DNA from: Aquabacterium sp.
GTDB lineage: Bacteria > Pseudomonadota > Gammaproteobacteria > Burkholderiales > Burkholderiaceae_C
DNA: 64,000 bases
NCBI GenBank assembly: GCA_004322345.1
Contig: SCTQ01000220.1
Location: 1,227-65,226, forward strand
Direction of reading: 5' to 3'
In this document: in pieces, positions 32,111-46,048 of the stretch
Numbering within the stretch: position 1 is the stretch's first letter
Layout of the letters: every line of letters starts with the position of its first letter
Translations under genes and position numbers: made by a program
Notes under the pieces: generated by a model
The model's database searches: none
What the model was told of the DNA's origin: nothing
What the model saw: only the letters and a program-made list of their open reading frames with translations

Positions 32111-32812
32111 TCAGCCGACGGTCGCCGACATCTGCTGCGTCATGCGGTAGCCGGCGCCGCGTACGGTCTCGATCAGCTGGGCGCACTTGACCGGCGTCAG
32201 CGCTTCGCGCAGGCGCTTGACATGCACGTCGACGGTACGTTCCTCGATGAAGACGTGGTCGCCCCAGACGCGGTCCAGCAGCTGGGCCCGGCTGTGCACG
32301 CGCTCCGGATGGGTCATGAGGAAATGCAGCAGGCGGAACTCGGTGGGGCCGATCTTGACCTCCTGCTCGCCCACGCTGACGCGGCGGGTGGCCGGATCCA
32401 GGCGCAGGCCGCCCAGCTCCACCGCGGAGTCCAGGGCCTCCGGTGCCTTGCGCCGCAGGACGGCGCGGATGCGGGCCATCAGCTCGTTGGTGGAGAAGGG
32501 CTTGGTCAGGTAGTCGTCCGCACCGGCATCCAAGCCGGCGACCTTGTCGGTCTCGTCGGCACGGGCGGTCAGCATGATCACCGGCAGGTCCTTGGTGCGC
32601 GACTCCGAGCGCCAGCGCTTGGCCAGCGCCAGGCCCGACTGCCCCGGCAGCATCCAGTCCAGGATCACCAGGTCGGGCAGCACGCGGGTGATCTCCAGCT
32701 GGGCCTGGTCGGCCGTGGTGGCGATCGTGACCTCGTAGCCCGCGTGGCGCAGGTTCAGCGAGATGAGTTCGGCGATCGCCGACTCGTCCTCTACAACCAG
32801 TACTCGGCTCAT
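32111..32812 (-). CDS. phoB: Phosphate regulon response regulator
   Basis: LDWMLPG, IMLTAR, GPTEFRLLHF, EERTVDVHVKRLR, ETVRGAGY. Confidence 0.97.
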   Translation of the reverse strand: MSRVLVVEDESAIAELISLNLRHAGYEVTIATTADQAQLEITRVLPDLVILDWMLPGQSGLALAKRWRSESRTKDLPVIMLTARADETDKVAGLDAGADDYLTKPFSTNELMARIRAVLRRKAPEALDSAVELGGLRLDPATRRVSVGEQEVKIGPTEFRLLHFLMTHPERVHSRAQLLDRVWGDHVFIEERTVDVHVKRLREALTPVKCAQLIETVRGAGYRMTQQMSATVG

Positions 32813-32831
32813 CTGTGGCCTCTCCGTCCGC

Positions 32832-33539
32832 TCACTTCACCAGGGACTCGACGGCGTCCACGGAGTTGTGGCGCACGTCCGTGCCCTTGACGATGTAGAT
32901 GATCTGCTCGGCCAGGTTCTTCGCGTGGTCGCCGACGCGCTCGATGGCCTTGGCGACGAACACCAGGTCGATGCTGGTGGAGATGGTGCGCGGGTCTTCC
33001 ATCATGTAGGTGATCAGCTTGCGCATCAGGCCGTCGAACTCCTGGTCGATCTCGTTGTCCTGCTTGATGACTTCCAGCGCCTTCTGGGCGTCCAGGCGTG
33101 CGAAGGCGTCCAGGGCCTTGCGCAGCGAGGTCATCGCAAGCGTGGCCTCGAAGGACACGTCGCCCAGCGGCAGGCGCAGGCGGGTGGACACGCCCGAGTT
33201 GATCAGGCGCTGCACCGTGCGCGCGATGCGCGCGGCCTCGTCACCGACGCGCTCGAGGTTGCCGATGGTCTTGGAGATCGCGATCAGCAGCCGCAGGTCG
33301 CGCGCGGTGGGCTGGCGGCGGGCGATGATCGTCGACAGGTCGGCGTCGATCTCGACTTCCTTCTGGTTCACTCGCTCTTCCTGCACCAGCACCTGCGATG
33401 CCGTCTCGCCGCTGAAGTTGGTCAGCGCATAGACGGCCTGGGCCACCTGGGACTCGACCAGCCCGCCCATCTCCAGCACGCGGGCCGAAATGTCGGCCAG
33501 TTCGACGTCGAACTGGCTGGACATATGTTTGTCGCTCAT
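32832..33539 (-). CDS. phoU: Phosphate signalling protein PhoU
   Basis: RRQPTARDLR, LERVGD, ERVGDHAKN. Confidence 0.96.
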   Translation of the reverse strand: MSDKHMSSQFDVELADISARVLEMGGLVESQVAQAVYALTNFSGETASQVLVQEERVNQKEVEIDADLSTIIARRQPTARDLRLLIAISKTIGNLERVGDEAARIARTVQRLINSGVSTRLRLPLGDVSFEATLAMTSLRKALDAFARLDAQKALEVIKQDNEIDQEFDGLMRKLITYMMEDPRTISTSIDLVFVAKAIERVGDHAKNLAEQIIYIVKGTDVRHNSVDAVESLVK

Positions 33540-33582
33540 TGCTATCTCTCCTTGTAGGCCTGTGACGCTCTGGGAACCCTGC

Positions 33583-34368
33583 TCAACCGAAACGGCCGGT
33601 GATGTAGTCCTCGGTGCCCTTCTTCTTGGGCTTCATGAACATGTCCTTGGTCTCGCCGAACTCGACCAGGTCGCCCAGGTACATGTAGGCGGTGTAGTCG
33701 GAGCAGCGCGCGGCCTGCTGCATGTTGTGGGTCACGATGACGACGGTGTAGTCGCTCTTCAGCTCGTGGATCAATTCCTCGATCTTGCCGGTGGAGATCG
33801 GGTCCAGCGCGGAGCACGGCTCGTCGAGCAGCAGCACCTCGGGCTTGATCGCGATGCCGCGGGCGATGCACAGGCGCTGCTGCTGGCCACCGGACAGGCC
33901 GGAGCCGCTCTGGTTCAGCTTGTCCTTGACCTCGGTCCACAGCGCGGCCTTCTTCAGGGCCCATTCGATGCGCTCGTCCATCTCGGCGCGCGACAGGTTC
34001 TCGAACAGGCGCACGCCGAAGGCGATGTTGTCGTAGATCGACATCGGGAAGGGCGTGGGCTTCTGGAACACCATGCCGACCTTGGCGCGGATCAGCGAGA
34101 CGTCTTCCTTCTTCGCCAGGATGTCCTCGCCGTCCAGCAGGATCTGGCCTTCGGCGCGCTGCTCGGGGTAGAGCTCGAACATGCGGTTGAAGGTGCGCAG
34201 CAGGGTCGACTTGCCGCAGCCGGAAGGGCCGATGAAGGCCGTGACCTTGCGGTCCGGGATCTCCATGCTCACGCCCTTGATGGCGTGGAACTTGCCGTAA
34301 TAGAAGTTCAGGTTGCGCACAGACAGCTTGGCCTGTTGCGAGACTTCGGGTTGAACCTTGGCATCCAT
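33583..34368 (-). CDS. pstB: Phosphate ABC transporter ATPase
   Basis: [39 protein letters not shown]. Confidence 0.97.
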   Translation of the reverse strand: MDAKVQPEVSQQAKLSVRNLNFYYGKFHAIKGVSMEIPDRKVTAFIGPSGCGKSTLLRTFNRMFELYPEQRAEGQILLDGEDILAKKEDVSLIRAKVGMVFQKPTPFPMSIYDNIAFGVRLFENLSRAEMDERIEWALKKAALWTEVKDKLNQSGSGLSGGQQQRLCIARGIAIKPEVLLLDEPCSALDPISTGKIEELIHELKSDYTVVIVTHNMQQAARCSDYTAYMYLGDLVEFGETKDMFMKPKKKGTEDYITGRFG

Positions 34369-34411
34369 GTGATGGCTCCTGGGGTGGGCGGCGCGGGCCG
34401 CCCGTTCAGAC

Positions 34412-35275
34412 TCAGTGTTGCTTGCGGAACAGGCTGCGGGCGAGGATGTTCAGGCCCAGCACGCCGATCGTGATCAGGAAGACGGCTGCCCACGCCAGCT
34501 TCTGCCAGTTCTCGTAGGGGCTCATCGCGAACTTGAAGATGGTCGCCGGCAGGCTGGCCATCGGCTTGGTCAGGTCGGAGGTCCAGAACTGGTTGTTCAG
34601 CGCGGTGAACAGCAGCGGCGCGGTCTCGCCGGCGATGCGGGCGATGGCCAGCAGGATGCCGGTCATCACGCCCGCGCGCGCCGAGGTCAGCGTGATGGAC
34701 AGGATCACGCGCCACTTCGGCGTGCCCAGCGCGTAGGCGGCCTCGCGCAAGGCATTGGGGACCAGCATCAGCATGTTCTCGGTCGTGCGGATCACCACCG
34801 GGATGACGAGCAGCGCCAAGGCCAGCACGCCAGCGAAGCCGGAGAAGGTCTTGGTCGTCGCGACGACTGCCGAGTAGACGAACAGGCCGATCACGATGGA
34901 CGGCGCCGACAGCAGGATGTCGTTGATGAAGCGCGTCGTGCGGCCCAGCCAGGTGGAGCGGCCGTACTCCGCCAGGTAGATGCCGGCCAGGATGCCGATG
35001 GGCGTGCCCAGCAGCGTGCCCAGGCCGACCATCATCAGCGAGCCGGCGATGGCGTTGGCCAGGCCACCACCTTCGGCTTGCGGCGCAGGCGTCATCTCGG
35101 TGAAGGTGGCCAGCGCCAGGCCGCCCAGGCCCAGGCGGATCGTCTCGAAGAGGATCCAGATCAGCCAGAACACGCCGAAGGCCATGGCCCCCAGCGACAG
35201 CGTCAGCGCAATGGCGTTGACGACCTTGCGGCGGGAATGCATCGATGCCCGGTGCGCTGCGAGTGCGGTGCTCAT
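34412..35275 (-). CDS. pstA: Phosphate ABC transporter permease PstA
   Basis: [36 protein letters not shown]. Confidence 0.95.
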   Translation of the reverse strand: MSTALAAHRASMHSRRKVVNAIALTLSLGAMAFGVFWLIWILFETIRLGLGGLALATFTEMTPAPQAEGGGLANAIAGSLMMVGLGTLLGTPIGILAGIYLAEYGRSTWLGRTTRFINDILLSAPSIVIGLFVYSAVVATTKTFSGFAGVLALALLVIPVVIRTTENMLMLVPNALREAAYALGTPKWRVILSITLTSARAGVMTGILLAIARIAGETAPLLFTALNNQFWTSDLTKPMASLPATIFKFAMSPYENWQKLAWAAVFLITIGVLGLNILARSLFRKQH

Positions 35276-36291
35276 GAACTTGTCCCTTCGGACTTCTGCA
35301 GGCGGGCCAGCAGCAGCTTGGAGCAGGCCAGCACGACGAAGGTGATGAAGAAGAGGATGAGGCCCAGGTAGATCAGCGAGGCCTGGTGCAGGCCCTCGCT
35401 GGCCTCGGCGAACTCGTTTGCCAGGGCCGAGGTGATGCTGTTGGCCGGCTCGAAGAGCGACAGCGAGCTGAGCTGGTTCTGGTTGCCGATCACGAAGGTG
35501 ACCGCCATGGTCTCGCCCAGTGCGCGGCCCAGGCCCAGCATGATGCCGCCGATGACGCCGGTCTTCGTGTAGGGCAGCACGACCTTGTAGACAACCTCCC
35601 AGGTGGTGGAGCCCAGGCCGTAGGCCGACTCCTTGAGCATGGGCGGCGTCACCTCGAACACGTCGCGCATCACCGAGGCGATGAAGGGAATGATCATGAT
35701 GGCCAGGATGATCCCGGCCGACAGCAGCCCCAGACCCACGGGCGGGCCGGACACCAGCGAGCTGAGCACCGGCACGCCGTGGAAGGCTTTCTGCAGGGGC
35801 TGCTGGACATACTGCGCGAGGATGGGGCCGAAGACGAGCAGGCCCCACATGCCGTAGACGATGGAGGGGACGGCGGCCAGCAGCTCGATCGCGATGCCGA
35901 GCGGGCGCTTGAGCCAGCCCGGGGAGAGCTCCGTCAGGAACAGGGCGATGCCGAAGCTGACGGGCACCGCGATGATCAGCGCGATCAGCGAGGTGGCCAG
36001 CGTGCCGTAGATCATCACCAGGCCGCCGTAGCGGTCCTGGACGGGATCCCAGTCGGTGCTGGCGAGGAAGCCCAGGCCGAACTCCTTGATGGAGGGCCAG
36101 GCGCCGATGATGAGGGAGATGATGATGCCCACCAGCAGGCTCAGCACCAGGAAGGCGGCCGCGCGGGTGGCGAAGGCGAAGACCGGGTCGGCCCAGGGCG
36201 CGTTGACGCGGCGCTGGGGAGGCCGGGAGCCGGATTGGGTCTTGTTGGCGTCCATGTCTCGGACTGCAGGAGCTGGCATTGAAGCCGACAT
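35272..36291 (-). CDS. pstC: Phosphate ABC transporter permease PstC
   Basis: [29 protein letters not shown]; RBS GGAGG before ATG 36291. Confidence 0.95.
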   Translation of the reverse strand: MSASMPAPAVRDMDANKTQSGSRPPQRRVNAPWADPVFAFATRAAAFLVLSLLVGIIISLIIGAWPSIKEFGLGFLASTDWDPVQDRYGGLVMIYGTLATSLIALIIAVPVSFGIALFLTELSPGWLKRPLGIAIELLAAVPSIVYGMWGLLVFGPILAQYVQQPLQKAFHGVPVLSSLVSGPPVGLGLLSAGIILAIMIIPFIASVMRDVFEVTPPMLKESAYGLGSTTWEVVYKVVLPYTKTGVIGGIMLGLGRALGETMAVTFVIGNQNQLSSLSLFEPANSITSALANEFAEASEGLHQASLIYLGLILFFITFVVLACSKLLLARLQKSEGTSS

Positions 36292-36341
36292 GTGATCCTC
36301 CGAAGCGCTGGACTTCCGCGTGAACACTCGAAACAGACGAC

Positions 36342-36367
36342 CGGGAAGGGAGACATCCCCCTTCCCG
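36342..36367. other. Intercistronic hairpin pstS-pstC
   Basis: CGGGAAGGG-N8-CCCTTCCCG; position fits an mRNA-stabilising or attenuating element after pstS (inference). Confidence 0.6.
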
Positions 36368-36423
36368 ATACCTTCTTCTATTGCTATTGCTTGCCGGCCA
36401 CCTTCAGTAAACCGGTTGCCCGA

Positions 36424-37464
36424 TCACTTGTAGGCGATGGCCTTGCCGGCACCGTCCTTCAGGTTCTGTTCCCACTGCTTGCGCACCAGGGCCTTAACCG
36501 TGTCCGGCAGGGCCACGTACTCAAGCTCCGCGGCGGACTTGTCGCCGTTGGCGTAGGCCCACTCGAAGAACTTCAGCGCGGTGGAACCGTTGGCCGGCTT
36601 CTCCTGCACCTTGTGCATCAGGATGAAGGTGGCGCCGGTCAGCGGCCAGGCATCCTTGCCGGGCTGCTCGGTCAGCACCTGGTGGAAGCTCTTGGACCAG
36701 TCGGCGCCGGCGGCGGCCGCCTTGAAGGTCAGGTCGTCCGGAGCCACGAAGCTGCCGGCCTGGTTGCGCAGCAGGACGTGGGTCATCTTGTTCTGCTTGG
36801 CATAGGCGTACTCGACGTAGCCGATGGAGTTCGGCAGCTGCTTGACGTAGGAGGACACGCCTTCGTTGCCCTTGCCGCCCGCGCCGGTGGGCCAGTTCAC
36901 GGCCGTGCCTTCACCGACCTTGGACTTCCATTCGGCGTTGGTCTTGGACAGGTAGTTGGTGAAGATGAAGCTGGTGCCGGAGCCGTCGGCGCGACGAACC
37001 ACGGAGATCTGCTCGTCGGGCAGGTTGACGCCGGCATTCAGGTCGGCGATGGCCTTGTCGTTCCACTTGGTGATCTTGCCCAGGTAGATGTCGCCCAGCA
37101 CCTGGCCGGTCAGCTTCAGCTGGCCGGGGTTGATGCCCTTGACGTTGATCACGGGCACGACGCCGCCGATCACGGTCGGGAACTGCAGCAGGCCGTCCTT
37201 GGCCAGGTCCTCGTCGCTCAGGGGCATGTCGGAGGCGCCGAAGTCCACCGTCTTGGCCTTGATCTGCTTGATGCCGGCGCCGGAGCCGACCGACTGGTAG
37301 TTGATGCGGGCACCGGTGACCTTGTTGTAGGCGTCGGCCCACTTGGCATAGATCGGAGCGGGGAAGGATGCGCCGGCACCCGTCACGTCCTGGGCCCAGA
37401 CGGCGGAAGCAGCCAGGGTGGAGACGCACAGAGCGAGAGCCGAGCGGAGGAATTTGGTTTTCAT
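36424..37464 (-). CDS. pstS: Phosphate-binding periplasmic protein
   Basis: Signal peptide, GAGASFP, YQSVGSGAG, DFGASD, RADGSGTS, GGKGNEG. Confidence 0.97.
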   Translation of the reverse strand: MKTKFLRSALALCVSTLAASAVWAQDVTGAGASFPAPIYAKWADAYNKVTGARINYQSVGSGAGIKQIKAKTVDFGASDMPLSDEDLAKDGLLQFPTVIGGVVPVINVKGINPGQLKLTGQVLGDIYLGKITKWNDKAIADLNAGVNLPDEQISVVRRADGSGTSFIFTNYLSKTNAEWKSKVGEGTAVNWPTGAGGKGNEGVSSYVKQLPNSIGYVEYAYAKQNKMTHVLLRNQAGSFVAPDDLTFKAAAAGADWSKSFHQVLTEQPGKDAWPLTGATFILMHKVQEKPANGSTALKFFEWAYANGDKSAAELEYVALPDTVKALVRKQWEQNLKDGAGKAIAYK

Positions 37465-37502
37465 GCGAGACCTTTCACCGATACGGAAATGTTGCAGGCG
37501 GG

Positions 37503-37536
37503 AATCTAGGTGACGTTTGTGACAACTCCATGAATC
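37503..37536 (-). promoter_or_regulatory. PhoB-dependent pstS promoter (Pho box + -10)
   Basis: Minus strand GATTCAT-GGAG-TTGTCAC (37536-37519, 11-bp periodicity), 10-bp spacer, TAGATT (37508-37503): the canonical Pho promoter geometry. Confidence 0.8.
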
Positions 37537-37608
37537 CCATTTCCAACCGGCTCATGTCCGCCCCTTCTTCCCTGGGCAACAGCCAGGTAAACGGAAACTT
37601 GCGAAGAG

Positions 37609-37665
37609 TTGTCGCATTCCGTCATGCAGTTGTCATACGACGGGTCCGCCGCTTTGTGACAACTG
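37609..37665. promoter_or_regulatory. Cluster of extra Pho-box half-sites, mixed orientation
   Basis: Plus-strand CCGTCAT-GCAG-TTGTCAT (37619-37636), TTGTCGC (37609-37615), and minus-strand TTGTCAC (37662-37656). Confidence 0.6.
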
Positions 37666-37844
37666 GACCCGGGCAATATCTCCCGCGCCGCGATATTCCC
37701 CGCAACGAGGCGGCCGCATATTCTCTCCGAGCGCAGGGGCGCGGCGCCAGCGAGATCTTGGCGCGGGCCGTGCATGCAGCCCAGACGCCGCCTCCTGCTG
37801 CCGCCCACTTCTACAATCCCCCTCCCCCCGCGAGAGGCCGCACC

Positions 37845-38369
37845 ATGCCCCTGTACCGCATAGAAGACGACGAGCCCACCGTCCACGAGACCACCTACAT
37901 CGCCGAGACCGCCGTGCTGATCGGCAAGGTGGCGATGGCCGAGCAATCCAGCGTCTGGGACCATGTCGCCATCCGCGGCGACAACGAGCTGATCAGCATC
38001 GGGCCGCGCTCCAACGTGCAGGAAGGCTCGGTGCTGCACACGGACCTCGGCTCGCCGCTGACCATCGGCGCCGACGTCACCGTCGGCCACCAGGCCATGC
38101 TGCACGGCTGCACCATCGAGGACGGCGCCCTCATCGGCATCAAGGCGGTGGTCTTGAACAATGCCCGCATCGGCCGCAACTGCCTGGTCGGCGCCGGCGC
38201 ACTGGTGACCGAAGGCAAGGTGTTCGAGGACGGCATGCTGATCCTCGGCAGCCCGGCCAAGGCGGTGCGCAAGCTCACCGAACCCGAGATCGCCCGCATG
38301 CATCTGGGCACCACCTTCTACGTCGAGCGCGCCGCCAAGTTCAAGAAGGGCCTCAAGCGCGTAGGCTGA
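37845..38369 (+). CDS. Gamma carbonic anhydrase family (YrdA/CaiE-like) hexapeptide-repeat protein
   Basis: IRGDNE, NVQEGSVLHTD, TVGHQAMLHGC, GSPAKAVR; TACAAT -10 upstream. Confidence 0.92.
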   Translation: MPLYRIEDDEPTVHETTYIAETAVLIGKVAMAEQSSVWDHVAIRGDNELISIGPRSNVQEGSVLHTDLGSPLTIGADVTVGHQAMLHGCTIEDGALIGIKAVVLNNARIGRNCLVGAGALVTEGKVFEDGMLILGSPAKAVRKLTEPEIARMHLGTTFYVERAAKFKKGLKRVG

Positions 38370-38378
38370 TCGGATCCC

Positions 38379-39359
38379 ATGAGTGAATTGCACAAGTTCC
38401 TGTTCGACGGCCTGCCGGTGCGCGGGATGCTGGTCCGCCTGACCGATGCCTGGCAGGAGATCCAGCAGCGGCGGGAAGCCGCCGGCGGCTTCCCGCCGGC
38501 CGTCTGGCAGTTGCTGGGCGAGATGACGGCCGCCAGCGTGCTCATGCAGGCCAACATCAAGTTCAACGGCTCGCTGATCCTGCAGATCTTCGGCGACGGC
38601 CCCGTCAAGCTGGCGGTGGCCGAGGCCCAGCCCGACCTGTCGGTGCGCGCCACGGCCAAGGTCGTCGGGCCGGTGCAGCTGACCGACGAGCTGCCCGCCC
38701 TGGTCAATGTGCACGGCAAGGGCCGCTGCGCGATCACGCTCGACCCCAAGGAACGCCTGCCCGGCCAGACGCCCTACCAGGGCGTGGTGCCGCTGCACGG
38801 CGATCGGCACGAGCCGCTGCAGCGCATCGAGCAGGTACTGGAGCACTACATGCTGCAATCCGAGCAGCTCGACACCAAGCTCGTGCTCGCGGCCAACGAC
38901 AAGGTGGCCGCCGGCCTGCTGATCCAACGCCTGCCGGTGACCGGCGAGGGCAACCTGTCCGGGCAGTCCGGCAGCACCGCCAACGAGGACGAGATCGGGC
39001 GCAACGAAGACTACAACCGCATCGTGCACCTGGCCTCGACGCTGAGCGGCGAGGAGCTGCTGATGCTGGACCCGCAGACCATCCTGCACCGGCTGTTCTG
39101 GGAGGAAAAGCTGCTGGTCTTCCCCCCGGCCGAGGGCGCCACGGGCCCGCGCTTCGCCTGCACCTGCTCGCGCGAGCGCGTGGCGGGCATGCTGCGCAGC
39201 CTGGGGCGCGAGGAAGTCGACAGCATCATCACGGACCTGGGCGAGGCCGAGGTTGCCTGCGACTTCTGCGGGCAGGCCTACCGCTTCGACGCGGTGGACG
39301 CGGCCGACGTGTTCACGCCGGGCGCCGACCATCCGCCCGCATCCGAGCGGCTGCAGTGA
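38379..39359 (+). CDS. hslO: Hsp33 redox-regulated chaperone
   Basis: LLGEM, AAGLLIQRLP, zinc switch CTC...CDFC. Confidence 0.95.
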   Translation: MSELHKFLFDGLPVRGMLVRLTDAWQEIQQRREAAGGFPPAVWQLLGEMTAASVLMQANIKFNGSLILQIFGDGPVKLAVAEAQPDLSVRATAKVVGPVQLTDELPALVNVHGKGRCAITLDPKERLPGQTPYQGVVPLHGDRHEPLQRIEQVLEHYMLQSEQLDTKLVLAANDKVAAGLLIQRLPVTGEGNLSGQSGSTANEDEIGRNEDYNRIVHLASTLSGEELLMLDPQTILHRLFWEEKLLVFPPAEGATGPRFACTCSRERVAGMLRSLGREEVDSIITDLGEAEVACDFCGQAYRFDAVDAADVFTPGADHPPASERLQ

Positions 39360-39403
39360 GGACGCCCCTGCGTCGTTGAAACGCCGGCCCCAGGCTGCCC
39401 GCT

Positions 39404-40054
39404 TCAGTCGCCGGGCCAGCCCGGCAAGCCCTTGAAGAGATGCCGCTCGCAACGCGGCTCGTCGCAGTCGGGGCAGCGCCATTGCCAGGTCTGCGGCACG
39501 CGGCCATCGCGGTGCACCTGCAATCCATGCTCGACGATGGCCAGCGCTGCGCGCAGGCGCGCCTCGCCGCTGCCGTGGACCAGGCTGTAGCCCGCGTCGA
39601 TGGAGGACAGGGCCGAGCGCAGCAGCGCGTCCACCGGCTCGCGCACGTGCGGACCATCGCGCACGAAGCCGTCCTCCACCCAGGGCAGGTCCAGCGCCGT
39701 CAGCAGGTTGAGGTCGAAGCGCTGCTGGCGTTCCAGCGCCTGCCCGTAGAGCGAACGGTCGCCGAAGACGACCTCGCTGTAGACGGCGATGGTCAGCGAA
39801 GTGGTGTCGGCGATCACGACCTGCGCATCGGGCGAGGCCGCGGCGGTCTCGATGCGCACGTGGTGGGCGGCGGCCAGCGCGGCCTGCTCGTCCTCGCGCG
39901 GCGTGCGGCCCTCGCGGTCGCAGAAGTCGCGCAGGGTCTCGGGGACGACGACGGCCGATAAGCCCTTGCGGCGCAGGCAGCCCGCCAGCTGCGCACACAG
40001 CGTCGTCTTGCCGGTGCTCTCCGCCCCCTGGACCGCGACGAGGAAAGCCGCCAT
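39404..40054 (-). CDS. NadR-like (AAA_28) P-loop kinase, kinase domain only
   Basis: GAESTGKTT, ETLR, IADTT, LPWVEDG..RD; directly downstream of pnuC; C-terminal CPDC-x4-C-x2-H. Confidence 0.82.
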   Translation of the reverse strand: MAAFLVAVQGAESTGKTTLCAQLAGCLRRKGLSAVVVPETLRDFCDREGRTPREDEQAALAAAHHVRIETAAASPDAQVVIADTTSLTIAVYSEVVFGDRSLYGQALERQQRFDLNLLTALDLPWVEDGFVRDGPHVREPVDALLRSALSSIDAGYSLVHGSGEARLRAALAIVEHGLQVHRDGRVPQTWQWRCPDCDEPRCERHLFKGLPGWPGD

Positions 40055-40064
40055 GCGGCCCGCC

Positions 40065-40709
40065 TCAGGCAGCAGCGGGCCGGCGGCCCGGCGCGAGCTT
40101 CAGCCACGCTCGCCAGCCCGCGCCGGACATCAGCACGAACCAGGCATAGAGCAGCACCGTCAGCCACAGCCCCTTGTGCATGTAGAGCGCCACGCTGGCG
40201 ATGTTGACCACCAGCCAGGTCGGCCAGTTCTCGACGTACTTGCGGCCCAGCAGGTACTGGCCCAGCAGGCTCGCCACCGTGGGGAAGGCGTCCCAATAGG
40301 GCACGTCGCTGTCGGTATGCCGCTGCAGCAGCCACCCCAGCAGCGGCCAGGCGAGCAGGACGAAGGCGACACCGGCGAACACGCCGCGCGCGCCGATGCG
40401 GCGCACGGCCAGCGACTGCCCGTCGTCGCCGCGCCCGCGCAGCCATTGCCACCAGCCCCAGGCGCCCAGCACCGCGAAGACGATCTGCAGCGCGGCCTCG
40501 CCGTAGAGCTTGCTGTGCGCGAAGACCGCGCAATACAGCAGCGAGCTGAGGATGGCCAGCGGCCAGCCCAGCGGATTGACGCGCATGTTGAACAGCACCA
40601 TCGCCACGGCCAGCACGAAGCCGGCGGCCTCCATCAGCGTGACGGGTGCACCGAAGACGGTGAACAGCGGCCAGGCCGCCGCATCCCAGAAGGACGAGAT
40701 CGCGTTCAA
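40065..40709 (-). CDS. pnuC: PnuC-family vitamin (nicotinamide riboside-type) transporter
   Basis: GWWQW, PYWDAFPT, RKYVENWPTW; about 7 TM segments. Confidence 0.9.
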   Translation of the reverse strand: MNAISSFWDAAAWPLFTVFGAPVTLMEAAGFVLAVAMVLFNMRVNPLGWPLAILSSLLYCAVFAHSKLYGEAALQIVFAVLGAWGWWQWLRGRGDDGQSLAVRRIGARGVFAGVAFVLLAWPLLGWLLQRHTDSDVPYWDAFPTVASLLGQYLLGRKYVENWPTWLVVNIASVALYMHKGLWLTVLLYAWFVLMSGAGWRAWLKLAPGRRPAAA

Positions 40710-41047
40710 CGCAGCTGCGTGGGCGGGGAGGCCGGCGAGGCGGAAGGCGGCAGCGCCGGCGCATCGCCGACGGCACGCGGATCCACGTGGACGTAGATCT
40801 CGTTGGGCTTGACCATGCCCAGGTCCCAGCGCGCCTGCTCCTCGACCATCTCGAGGCCCTCCTCCAGGTCGCGCACCTCGGCAGCCAGGCGCTCGTTGCG
40901 CGTCTGCGAGGCGTCGTTGCGCTCCTTGGCCGTGGCGACCTCGGAGCGCAGGGACATCACATGCGGCACGCTGCCCTTGCCGAACCAGAGTTCGAACTGC
41001 ACCCAGCCCACCAGCAGGGCCAGGACGAAGGTGACAGCGCGCTTCAT
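40706..41047 (-). CDS. ftsB: Cell division protein FtsB
   Basis: Single TM, LWFGKGS, coiled coil, EEQARWDLGMVKPNE; follows eno. Confidence 0.93.
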   Translation of the reverse strand: MKRAVTFVLALLVGWVQFELWFGKGSVPHVMSLRSEVATAKERNDASQTRNERLAAEVRDLEEGLEMVEEQARWDLGMVKPNEIYVHVDPRAVGDAPALPPSASPASPPTQLR

Positions 41048-41063
41048 GGAGTCCGCAGGCGGA

Positions 41064-42398
<1,335 letters not shown>

Positions 42399-43253
42399 TC
42401 AGCGGAAATCGTTTTCGAGGAAGCCGCGGCGCTTGGTGATGCGGTCAAGCTCGACCAGCGTCTCCAGCAGCGGCTTCATCTGCGCCAGCGGCACGGCGTT
42501 GGGGCCGTCGGACATCGCCTGCGCGGGGTTCGGATGGGTTTCCATGAACAAGCCGGCAACGCCCACCGCCACCGCGGCGCGCGACAGCACCGGCACGAAC
42601 TCGCGCTGACCGCCGGAGCTGGTGCCCTGCCCGCCCGGCAACTGCACGGAATGGGTGGCGTCGAAGACGACGGGGGCGAGGGTCTCGCGCATGATCGCCA
42701 GGCTGCGCATGTCGGAGACGAGGTTGTTGTAGCCGAAGCTGGCGCCGCGTTCGCAGGCCATGAAGTTGTCCTCCGGCAGGCCCTTCTCGCGCGCGGCGTC
42801 GCGCGCCTTGGCAATCACGTTCTTCATGTCGCCGGGCGCGAGGAACTGGCCCTTCTTGATGTTCACCGGCTTGCCGCTTTGGGCGACGGCGCGGATGAAG
42901 TCGGTCTGGCGGCAGAGGAAGGCCGGCGTCTGCAGCACGTCCACCACGGCCGCCACCTGCGGGATCTCGGCTTCCGTGTGCACGTCGGTGATCACCGGCA
43001 CGCCCAGCTCGCGCCGGACCTTGGCCAGGATCTCCAGGCCCTTGTCCATGCCCGGCCCGCGGAAGGACGTGCCCGAGGAGCGGTTGGCCTTGTCGTAGCT
43101 GGACTTGAAGATGAAGGGGATGCCCAGCGAGGCCGTGATCTCCTTCAGCTGGCCGGCGACGTCCATCTGCAGCTGCTCGGACTCGACCACGCAGGGGCCG
43201 GCGAGCAGGAAGAACGGGCGATCCAGGCCCACCTCGAATCCGCACAGCTTCAT
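42399..43253 (-). CDS. kdsA: KDO-8-phosphate synthase
   Basis: [34 protein letters not shown]. Confidence 0.97.
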   Translation of the reverse strand: MKLCGFEVGLDRPFFLLAGPCVVESEQLQMDVAGQLKEITASLGIPFIFKSSYDKANRSSGTSFRGPGMDKGLEILAKVRRELGVPVITDVHTEAEIPQVAAVVDVLQTPAFLCRQTDFIRAVAQSGKPVNIKKGQFLAPGDMKNVIAKARDAAREKGLPEDNFMACERGASFGYNNLVSDMRSLAIMRETLAPVVFDATHSVQLPGGQGTSSGGQREFVPVLSRAAVAVGVAGLFMETHPNPAQAMSDGPNAVPLAQMKPLLETLVELDRITKRRGFLENDFR

Positions 43254-43302
43254 CGCTCGTCTCCTCGTGTTGTTCTGGGTACTGCCGCCGCCCTGCCAGG
43301 CG

Positions 43303-46016
<2,714 letters not shown>

Positions 46017-46048
46017 GTGGGAGCAGTCCCTGCAAAGGATGAGACGGC

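Noticed and set aside
37368-37844. In-frame 159-codon N-terminal extension of the gamma-CA gene
   Set aside because: It runs through the pstS start and the Pho boxes, has non-coding composition, and a -10 lies just upstream of ATG 37845.
39399-39408. CCGCTTCAGT matching part of the 22-bp inverted-repeat arm
   Set aside because: Only 10 bp, includes a stop codon, and has no partner arm.
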